A stretch of DNA of 64,000 nucleotides, taken from a virus (taxonomy: Duplodnaviria > Caudoviricetes). The DNA is taken from the IMG/VR virus record IMGVR_UViG_3300031555_006395, positions 17,682 through 81,681 of that record. The stretch is one strand, 5' to 3'. Below, piece by piece: positions 36,723 through 44,007 of this stretch; the stretch's first letter is position 1, and each line of letters starts with the position of its first letter. Below the pieces are notes generated by a model that was not told the origin of the DNA, made no database searches, and saw only the letters and a list, made by a program, of their open reading frames with translations. A program made the translations under genes and the position numbers.

Positions 36723-37662
36723 CGAAGAATTAAAAATGGAATATCTAAATGCTGTTTGTATGAACGCTCCCGAATCCCGCAGAACGGTTTATATAAACAA
36801 AATGAAACGCCTGTCTCAGAATATTGAGGTTGTCTTTAATAAGGATTTTTGCAATATTTCATTTGGAGAATACCAAGCTTTCTTTACAAGCGGCGCTTAT
36901 TCTGATACCCGTACTGCCGGTAATGATTTACGTTTCATTTCGAATTATATCGAGTGGTGTTTTTACAACAACAAATTCCCACGTGTGATGAATAATGCGC
37001 AGCTTTTGTTAAAACAGCTGAAGCCAACAGATATTGTTAAAGGTGCCATTCGAAACAAGATTTTATTTTCACCTGCAGAATTAATCGATTATATAGATAT
37101 ATTGTGTTCAGGAAGTTCAAAATACTACTTGTTTATGCCTGTTTCAATTCTTCTGTTTTCTGGTGTTTCGTTCGATGAAATACACTTGATCAAACGCGAT
37201 GATATTGATAATCTTGCGATGACAATTCATTTCAACGATGTAATTTTAGATATTCCCCATGAATTTCAATTACACGTTAATAGAATTCTAAATCGAGAGA
37301 AAAAAGTTGAGGTCTTCGCTTTTAGAACCGATGATTCTCGTTCGTACACAATGTATGACGCATATCCGGATATGTTTTGTACTGTATATAATCACACAGG
37401 TATTCCACCGTCAAATTCGATACAGAAATCTTATACTGTCTCTTTATCTACCGCAAAGGCAGCTGTTGATACGGGAGTTAAAAAAATCGGACCGTTGGAT
37501 ATTGCTATCTCAGGTTTATTTTATCGGTTAAATAAAAACAAATATACGGATTTAAATAATCCATTGGCGCAGCAATTTTTATTGAGATTTAATAATTCTG
37601 GAAATAAAATGAAAGAATTAACCCTGTTATATAGTGAGTATTTAGATAGTATAAATGAATAG
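36715..37662 (+). CDS. catalytically dead tyrosine-recombinase-fold protein, SPbeta MrpR/YopR-like repressor
   Basis: MLNEELKMEYL N-terminus; LLFSGVSFDEI (box I Arg absent); PLDIAISGLFYR; no HxxR. Confidence 0.75.
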   Translation: MLNEELKMEYLNAVCMNAPESRRTVYINKMKRLSQNIEVVFNKDFCNISFGEYQAFFTSGAYSDTRTAGNDLRFISNYIEWCFYNNKFPRVMNNAQLLLKQLKPTDIVKGAIRNKILFSPAELIDYIDILCSGSSKYYLFMPVSILLFSGVSFDEIHLIKRDDIDNLAMTIHFNDVILDIPHEFQLHVNRILNREKKVEVFAFRTDDSRSYTMYDAYPDMFCTVYNHTGIPPSNSIQKSYTVSLSTAKAAVDTGVKKIGPLDIAISGLFYRLNKNKYTDLNNPLAQQFLLRFNNSGNKMKELTLLYSEYLDSINE

Positions 37663-37683
37663 AAGCCCAATTATTTGGGCTTT
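37663..37683 (+). terminator. intrinsic terminator
   Basis: AAGCCCAA-TTAT-TTGGGCTTT. Confidence 0.7.
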
Positions 37684-37707
37684 ATAATATTAAATGAAAT
37701 TAAACTA

Positions 37708-37736
37708 TTGATAAAATTAGAGTTTTATGTTATAAT
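37708..37736 (+). promoter_or_regulatory. mazF promoter with an embedded palindrome
   Basis: TTGATA-17 nt-TATAAT; TAAAA-TTAGAG-TTTTA at 37712-27. Confidence 0.75.
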
Positions 37737-37765
37737 AACGACACCAAAACGAAAGGAGGACGTCA

Positions 37766-38107
37766 ATGGAAACAATTAAACGAGGAGATATTTATTATGC
37801 AGATCTTAGCCCCGTTGTTGGATCTGAGCAGGGAGGGACCAGACCAGTAATTGTATTACAAAACAATACCGGCAACCGTTTTTCTCCAACAATTATCGTT
37901 GCTCCGTTTACCAGTAATAAAGGGAAAAAGATGCTGCCAACACATCTTTTGATGAAAAGCGAAGAAACGGGATTGCCGAAGGATTCCATCGTCCTGCTCG
38001 AACAGGTGAGATCAATCGATAAAAGTCGATTGGTTAGCGAAAACGTTGGAAAGATTCGGAATTTGGATACTTTAAATGAAATCATTAAAGTAGCTTTTTT
38101 TGGGTAA
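37766..38107 (+). CDS. mazF: MazF/PemK endoribonuclease (no adjacent antitoxin)
   Basis: IKRGDIYYADLSPVVGSEQGGTRPVIVLQNNTGNRFSPTIIVAPFTS; LLEQVRSIDKSRL. Confidence 0.93.
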   Translation: METIKRGDIYYADLSPVVGSEQGGTRPVIVLQNNTGNRFSPTIIVAPFTSNKGKKMLPTHLLMKSEETGLPKDSIVLLEQVRSIDKSRLVSENVGKIRNLDTLNEIIKVAFFG

Positions 38108-38167
38108 TCAATAATAAAATTGATTACATCGATTTATAATAAAATGAAGCGCTATGCCGCTTCATAT

Positions 38168-38259
38168 GGGAAGTTGGCTGAGTGGTTGAAAGCGGCGGTC
38201 TTGAAAACCGCTGATGGAGTCAAATCCATCCGAGGGTTCGAATCCCCCACTTCCCGCCA
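38168..38259 (+). tRNA. tRNA-Ser(UGA)
   Basis: GCGGT-CTTGAAA-ACCGC; long variable arm; CCA. Confidence 0.93.
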
Positions 38260-38262
38260 AAT

Positions 38263-38338
38263 GCGGTCGTAGCTCAAATGGCGGAGCATCTGCCTTCCAA
38301 GCAGAGGGTTGCGAGTTCGATTCTCGTCGGCCGCTCCA
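38263..38338 (+). tRNA. tRNA-Gly(UCC)
   Basis: TCTGC-CTTCCAA-GCAGA; U73; CCA. Confidence 0.93.
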
Positions 38339-38357
38339 ATAACAAGGGAGGGTTAAT

Positions 38358-39227
38358 ATGAAAATTCAGTCCTTATCGGTTGTAGTACCGGCAAAACAAT
38401 GCATTAATAATTGTAAATTTTGTGTAGCCAGAATGAAAGAAGAGCCCTATAAAAATCAATTCGATGCAAATCTTCCGTTTTATCATCTCTATCAGGATGA
38501 TTACTTAAAACGATTGGCATTTGCTAGAGATAATGGTTGTAATACGGTGATGCTTACCGGCAATGCTGAGCCGCAACAGAATAGAGCTTTTCTAAAAGAT
38601 TTTGGAACACTAAACAGACAATTGGAAAGACCCTTCCGATGGATAGAGATGCAGACCACAGGGAGATTGTTGGATGATCCGTATCTTAGATTTTTAAGAA
38701 ACCATGTGGGTGTTTCTACAATTTCGCTCTCAATTTGCTCCTTTGATGATATAAAAAACGGAGAAATCTGCCAAATGAAAGAACCTGTGGATCTGCATTA
38801 TCTCTGCCATGAAATTAAACGATATGATTTTAATCTTAGAATTTCTGTGAACTTAACCGATGCGTTCAACCATATGGGCGCAGAAGAAATTATTGATTAT
38901 TGTAAAAATGAGTTGAAAGCAGATCAGATTACATTTCGTGTATTATATCAGTCTGATGGGAATACCGACCAAGATAAGTGGATTGATGAGCACGCTGCCA
39001 AACCAAAGCTAATTGAAGAAATCAAAGAATATATTCGGAGATTCGGCAGACCTTTGGAACGTTTGGTTTTTGGCGCAATGAAATATTCGATTAAGGGAAT
39101 GTCTGTTGTTTTGGACGATGATTGTATGGCTACAGCGACAGATAAAGAAGAGCTGAAATACTTAATCCTTCGTCCTAATTGTAAACTTTATAGTAAGTGG
39201 GATGATCCGGCAAGTTTGATTTTTTAG
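38358..39227 (+). CDS. radical SAM protein
   Basis: CINNCKFC (CxxxCxxC), TGNAEP. Confidence 0.85.
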   Translation: MKIQSLSVVVPAKQCINNCKFCVARMKEEPYKNQFDANLPFYHLYQDDYLKRLAFARDNGCNTVMLTGNAEPQQNRAFLKDFGTLNRQLERPFRWIEMQTTGRLLDDPYLRFLRNHVGVSTISLSICSFDDIKNGEICQMKEPVDLHYLCHEIKRYDFNLRISVNLTDAFNHMGAEEIIDYCKNELKADQITFRVLYQSDGNTDQDKWIDEHAAKPKLIEEIKEYIRRFGRPLERLVFGAMKYSIKGMSVVLDDDCMATATDKEELKYLILRPNCKLYSKWDDPASLIF

Positions 39228-39235
39228 GGGGATTT

Positions 39236-39508
39236 ATGATGTTGACGAATTATGATGTTATTAAATCTATGAGCGGAAAAGATCTTCAATTATTTTTAGA
39301 TGTTGTTTATTGTGCCGGCTTAAATATTGGCGGTTATGCCGCGACTCTTCCGGAAGGTGAACAATGCGAAATCCTCGCTGATTCTCCTTTTAATGACTGG
39401 CTCTTTGAAGCTGCTGAAGAAGCGTTTGGGGTTGATGGAAATTGTTATTGCAAACCATACTTAAAAACTGTTATGAAAGCTGCGAGGATTCAAGATGACG
39501 AAAATTGA
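39236..39508 (+). CDS. hypothetical protein
   Basis: MTNYDVIKSMS-type N-terminus. Confidence 0.65.
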   Translation: MMLTNYDVIKSMSGKDLQLFLDVVYCAGLNIGGYAATLPEGEQCEILADSPFNDWLFEAAEEAFGVDGNCYCKPYLKTVMKAARIQDDEN

Positions 39509-39758
39509 AGAAAGTTTTTTTGAAGCGCTTCGTTATGCTGCAGATCGCGATATGTTGGTAAACATACAAACATATAAAGGAAAATTCTTTTGCCATGTCC
39601 AATATGATAAAAAAATAGAAGGATATGCAGGTTTTTCTCACAATCATTCTTTTCAAGAACAAGATTTGAATCTGATAAACCTGATACATTCGATTCGTTC
39701 TTCTACGGATATGATTTTAGAAAGAGTTAAGTTAAGTCAGCAATTAGATCATGATTAA
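39495..39758 (+). CDS. hypothetical protein
   Basis: Overlaps the previous ORF. Confidence 0.55.
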   Translation: MTKIEESFFEALRYAADRDMLVNIQTYKGKFFCHVQYDKKIEGYAGFSHNHSFQEQDLNLINLIHSIRSSTDMILERVKLSQQLDHD

Positions 39759-39876
39759 AAATTTGGTGCTGTTTTTACATAACAGTTAAATGTCCAGTAA
39801 GGCTAAATATCATATGGAGTCGCCAAGTGATCCGTGATAATCCTAAATGGTATAAAAGAGGAAACAGCCAATTTAT

Positions 39877-39955
39877 GCACCATTAGCTCAGTTGGTTAGA
39901 GCAGCGGCCTTATAAGCCGTGTTTGTCCAGAGTTCGAATCTCTGATGGTGTACCA
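39877..39955 (+). tRNA. tRNA-Ile(UAU), copy 1
   Basis: GCGGC-CTTATAA-GCCGT; cloverleaf with CCA. Confidence 0.85.
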
Positions 39956-40081
39956 ACCTCTCACTTGATTAGCTGCTAGGAGAGTGAGTCTCATTGCGTG
40001 AAGGCTACATGATGAATGAGGGTGTAAGCTAAGGAAAACCTTACAATGGATAGGTACCATAACAAATCCTGTCCACCTTAT

Positions 40082-40156
40082 GGAGATAAAAGGGACTCAT
40101 AAGGCTGACGAAAAGTGTAGGCACTGAGGGTGGCTCGACTCCACCTATCTCCACAA
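40082..40156 (+). ncRNA. tRNA-like RNA resembling a tmRNA tRNA-like domain
   Basis: GGAGATA/TATCTCC-A acceptor, GGTGG-CTCGACT-CCACC T arm, no D stem, CTCA/TGAG-closed long stem; ends ACAA. Confidence 0.45.
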
Positions 40157-40160
40157 ATAC

Positions 40161-40234
40161 TGTCAGTTAGTATAAAGGTAGTACACAAGACTTTGACTCT
40201 TGTAGAGTGGGTTCGAGTCCTACACTGACAACCA
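40161..40234 (+). tRNA. tRNA-Gln(UUG), copy 1
   Basis: CAAGA-CTTTGAC-TCTTG; TGTCAGT/ACTGACA; CCA. Confidence 0.9.
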
Positions 40235-40235
40235 A

Positions 40236-40394
40236 TTGGTCTATGTTGTTATCTGAACGATAGAGACCTGTCCTCGTAGTACAGCATCGAGTGGGGAACG
40301 ACAAGCCTACACGTTGAATAGTGTTCGTACAGGTGTTTTGTTGAACAAGCAGTAGGTTAAGAATAAACACCGTGGGAACTACGAGAGTGCCAAA
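40236..40394 (+). ncRNA. candidate pseudoknotted ncRNA
   Basis: CTCGTAGT/ACTACGAG closing stem; crossing GCCTAC/GTAGGT and GGTGTTT/AAACACC. Confidence 0.5.
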
Positions 40395-40397
40395 TAT

Positions 40398-40472
40398 ATT
40401 GGTGTAGTTTATCTGGTAAAACGGCGGTCTCCAAAACCGTTGATGAGAGTTCGAGTCTCTCCACCTTAGCCA
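40398..40472 (+). tRNA. tRNA-Trp(CCA) with mismatched acceptor-stem top
   Basis: GCGGT-CTCCAAA-ACCGT; pairs 1-3 are A/A, U/U, U/U. Confidence 0.7.
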
Positions 40473-40616
40473 GTGGGGGCAGAGAGCAAATGTCCACCAG
40501 CCCCAGTGTCAAGTGAACAAAATAGCATTAATTGTGCACGTTAATGTTATTAGTAGCAAGACAGGCCAAGAGAGGTGGGATGTGTGGTTGCCGGTGAATC
40601 CTAAAACCGAAGATAC

Positions 40617-40692
40617 GCACCACTAACTCAATGGTTAGAGTACCCGGCTTATATCCGGTTAGTTCAAGGTTCGAGTCCTTGGTGGTGTACCA
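40617..40692 (+). tRNA. tRNA-Ile(UAU), copy 2
   Basis: CCGG-CTTATAT-CCGG; GCACCAC/GTGGTGT; CCA. Confidence 0.85.
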
Positions 40693-40774
40693 ACATACTT
40701 CTTATATCATGTTCCTTTCATTTTCATGTTGACAAATCGGAAAGACGGTTGACGGTGGGACAGACCACAACTAT

Positions 40775-40850
40775 GTCCTTGTAGCCCAACGGCAGAGGCA
40801 GAAGTCTCAAAAACTTCTTAGTGTGGGTTCGAATCCCACCAAGGACACCA
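40775..40850 (+). tRNA. tRNA-Leu(CAA), short variable loop
   Basis: GAAGT-CTCAAAA-ACTTC; 76 nt. Confidence 0.85.
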
Positions 40851-41290
40851 ATTCTCCGTGGACATAATAATCGGATGGGTTTTAGGAGGTCCATAAACGA
40901 AGCCCCTCAAGCCAAAATGTTGTAATTGCGGACAGATAATATCACTGCCCAAAAGTTTGGTATTTGATGATATTCGTGGAAGCTACGATAGTGTCAACTT
41001 CCCAACATACTCTCATGCGTGGGTGAAATAAGAAGAGAGAGCGTGGAAACTACGTAAGTGCCAATCACAGCTAAGACTTTGACCGAAGCAACCCAAAAAC
41101 TTTGGCAGATGTAACAGCTGTACTATTTGGATAGCTTCCAAATGATGTGTGAGATTATCGGCTTACCACACAGAGAATGAAAATGTCCGCTGAAAACTGC
41201 GGAGCAATCGGGTATACACGGTTGTTTGCGAACGAAACCTTTACTCTCAAATAGACGATGTGACAATCTAAGCGGGAAGCCGATTTATAT
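40851..41290 (+). ncRNA. candidate large ornate ncRNA (GOLLD/ROOL-class or novel)
   Basis: About 440 nt with no credible ORF, bounded by two tRNAs; long-range helices and two pseudoknots. Confidence 0.6.
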
Positions 41291-41367
41291 GCTCCCATAG
41301 TCCAATTGGCAGAGACAGAGGACTTAAAATCCTTACAGTGTGGGTTCGAATCCCACTGGGAGTACCA
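41291..41367 (+). tRNA. tRNA-Leu(UAA), short variable loop
   Basis: GAGGA-CTTAAAA-TCCTT; CCA. Confidence 0.88.
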
Positions 41368-41482
41368 TATCATTAAATCACCAGTCGAACAAAGGAAAGC
41401 CTTTAGTGGGTCGTGAGTTACCTTAAGATCCTATTTAGCGGTTGAGAAAAGCGAAGTACAAGCCAGGTGAGCCGCCATATAT

Positions 41483-41557
41483 TCTGGGTTGGTGTAATTG
41501 GTAACACAACGGACTTTGGATCCGTTATTGGGAGTTCGAATCTTCTACCCAGAACCA
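41483..41557 (+). tRNA. tRNA-Gln(UUG), copy 2
   Basis: ACGGA-CTTTGGA-TCCGT; TCTGGGT/ACCCAGA; CCA. Confidence 0.88.
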
Positions 41558-41582
41558 TTTTTATATTAGGAGGGAATTACAT

Positions 41583-41813
41583 ATGGCAATGAAACCGCAA
41601 CAGTTACAAGAGTTTGAAAAAATGGTGCATGACAAAATGAAACAGGTATACAACGATGGAATGACTGTGGGCGCAAAAGCAATTATGTCTGCTATTAATG
41701 ATATGATTGAGCGTGGAAAAGGTCGGCCTTGCAAAATGATTCTTTCTGAAATCAAAAGCTTTGTCAGCACCGCCGTAAGGGAGGAAAACGATGAGAATAC
41801 TTCTGCTTCTTAG
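41583..41813 (+). CDS. hypothetical protein
   Basis: RBS AGGAGG. Confidence 0.7.
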   Translation: MAMKPQQLQEFEKMVHDKMKQVYNDGMTVGAKAIMSAINDMIERGKGRPCKMILSEIKSFVSTAVREENDENTSAS

Positions 41814-44007
41814 AGGTAGTCCTGGTTGTGGAAAAACGACTTGGATTGAAAAAAATGGTTTAAAACCATACACTCTGTCTGCCGACGATATTCGCATGAT
41901 GTGCCAAAGCCCAATTTTAACTGTTAATGGCGGCGAAGCAATTGATCAAACGAACGATAAATTGGTTTGGCAGACATTATTTAAATTACTTGAAAATCGA
42001 ATGGAAAAGGGCGCTTTCACGGTAATCGATGCAACAAATTCTAAAACGACTGAAATGAATCGGTATAAAACTTTATGTGAGACATATCGCTATCGTATTT
42101 ATTGTGTCGATTTTACTGATATCCCTATTGATGAAGCAAAACGCAGAAATAAATGCCGTCCTTTATCGAAAGTCGTTCCTGAAGAAGTAATCGATAAAAT
42201 GTATTCCAGATTTGCAACTCAGAAAATACCCTCTGGCATTAAAGTAATTCGTCCTGACGAATTAGACTCTATTTGGATCCACAAAATTGATCTTTCGCAA
42301 TACAATAAAGTCCATATGATTGGCGATATTCATGGGTGTTGCACTGTATTAAAAGAATATATGGATGCAAATTGGAATGAAAATGATTTTTATATTTTTT
42401 GCGGAGATTATATCGATCGTGGCATTGAGAACGTACAGGTAATTAATTATCTGCTTTCTATTTATACCAAGCCTAATGTTTTATTATTAGAGGGTAACCA
42501 TGAACGATGGCTTCAGATATATGCTCATGGAGGAGCAACCAGGTCACAAGAATTTGAAACGCATACAAGAGCCCAGTTAGATGCAGCCAATTTCGACAAT
42601 CGACAGCTCCGGCAGCTATACAGGAAACTTGGACAATGCGCTTACTTTTCCTTCGGTGACTACACTTATCTTGTAACGCATGGTGGCTTAAGCCAAATTC
42701 CAATCAATCTCAGTTTAGTTCCTACACATCAAATGATTCATGGAGTTGGCAGCTACAGTGATTATGAAAAGGTTGCCGACACTTTTTATTATTGTACCCC
42801 TGAGAAAACCTATCAGGTTTTTGGGCATCGAAATATTAAAAATGCTCCTATTCAATTAAACGATAAAGTATTTGATCTCGAAGGTGGAGTTGAGTTTGGC
42901 GGATCTTTGCGATGTGTCCAATTTGCGAAAGATGGATCTTTTGAAACATTTTCAATAAAGAATAATGTGTATCGTCAAACTGAATCAAAACCTCAAGAGG
43001 TATCGAATAATAAAACCGTTGCCGACATTATTGTTGAGTTCCGAAATAATAAGTATATCAAGGAAAAGAAGTTTGGTAATATATCATCTTTTAACTTTAC
43101 CCCTACAGCGTTTTATGAAAAGATTTGGGATTCTCAAACTATTAAGGCCAGAGGACTATATATCGATATTGAAAAACAAAAAGTAGTTGCACGCAGCTAT
43201 GAAAAGTTTTTTAGAATTAACGAGCGGCCGGAAACGAAGTTGGAGATGTTGCAGTATAAACTTCAATTTCCAATTAGCATTTATGTTAAAGAAAATGGAT
43301 TTTTGGGAATTGTTAGCTACGACGAGTATAAAGATGATCTGTTTGTAACAACGAAATCTGATCCTACCGGTGATTACGCAGAATGGTTAAAGGCTATGTT
43401 ATGCGAGAAATTATCGGATCAACAGAGATTACAGTTAAAGGAATACTGCAAACAGCATAATGTTTCCTTTATTTTCGAATGTGTTGATATGAAAAACGAT
43501 CCTCATATCATCGAGTACCAAGACAATCAACTGTATTTGTTGGACATTATAAAAAACGCAATTACATTTGAAAAATTGCCATATGAGGATCTTTGTCATG
43601 TTGGTCATAGTATTGGACTGCTTGTTAAAACGAAAGCTTGCGATATATGCACTTGGCAGGAGTTTTACGATTGGTATCATGAGGTCAACTTAGAGGATTA
43701 TGAATATAATGGCGCACCGGTCGAGGGTTTTGTTATTGAGGATTCGAAAGGATATATGGTAAAGGTAAAACTTCATTATTATAACTTTTGGAAATTCATG
43801 AGAGGCATCTCCCATGAAACCCTTCGGAAAGGATATATTTCAAAAACATCTTCATTAACATCAGCGCTGGCGAATCAATACTACGGGTGGCTTAAATCTA
43901 TTTATGATCCACAGAATCGTGATCAAATACCGAAAGATATTATTACATTAAGAAAAATGTTTTATATCGCAATGGCTGAAAAGGAGGGGTTTTCCAATGA
44001 TTGTTAA
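41791..44007 (+). CDS. trifunctional RNA repair enzyme: polynucleotide kinase, metallophosphatase and T4 Rnl1-like RNA ligase
   Basis: GSPGCGKT P-loop; GDIHG, GDYIDRG, GNHE; KENG (motif I), EGFV, VKVK. Confidence 0.88.
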   Translation: MRILLLLRGSPGCGKTTWIEKNGLKPYTLSADDIRMMCQSPILTVNGGEAIDQTNDKLVWQTLFKLLENRMEKGAFTVIDATNSKTTEMNRYKTLCETYRYRIYCVDFTDIPIDEAKRRNKCRPLSKVVPEEVIDKMYSRFATQKIPSGIKVIRPDELDSIWIHKIDLSQYNKVHMIGDIHGCCTVLKEYMDANWNENDFYIFCGDYIDRGIENVQVINYLLSIYTKPNVLLLEGNHERWLQIYAHGGATRSQEFETHTRAQLDAANFDNRQLRQLYRKLGQCAYFSFGDYTYLVTHGGLSQIPINLSLVPTHQMIHGVGSYSDYEKVADTFYYCTPEKTYQVFGHRNIKNAPIQLNDKVFDLEGGVEFGGSLRCVQFAKDGSFETFSIKNNVYRQTESKPQEVSNNKTVADIIVEFRNNKYIKEKKFGNISSFNFTPTAFYEKIWDSQTIKARGLYIDIEKQKVVARSYEKFFRINERPETKLEMLQYKLQFPISIYVKENGFLGIVSYDEYKDDLFVTTKSDPTGDYAEWLKAMLCEKLSDQQRLQLKEYCKQHNVSFIFECVDMKNDPHIIEYQDNQLYLLDIIKNAITFEKLPYEDLCHVGHSIGLLVKTKACDICTWQEFYDWYHEVNLEDYEYNGAPVEGFVIEDSKGYMVKVKLHYYNFWKFMRGISHETLRKGYISKTSSLTSALANQYYGWLKSIYDPQNRDQIPKDIITLRKMFYIAMAEKEGFSNDC

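Noticed and set aside
34000-38200. Arbitrium (aimR-aimP-aimX)
   Set aside because: No TPR receptor or short signal-peptide ORF is visible here; it could lie outside the window
40070-40135. Hammerhead ribozyme (stem CCTTATG/CATAAGG followed by CTGACGA and an AGTG/CACT hairpin)
   Set aside because: The required GAAA and a correctly placed stem III/NUH are missing; the region folds better as the tRNA-like element
40473-40540. Theta/HDV-like ribozyme after tRNA-Trp (GGGGGC...GCCCC resembles CPEB3 P1)
   Set aside because: No P2 partner, P1.1 GG or J4/2 catalytic C could be placed
41150-41200. Permuted RNase P RNA (CGGCTTA followed by GAAAATGTCC)
   Set aside because: Only partial matches to the conserved regions, and CGGCTT is better explained by the 41277-84 pairing
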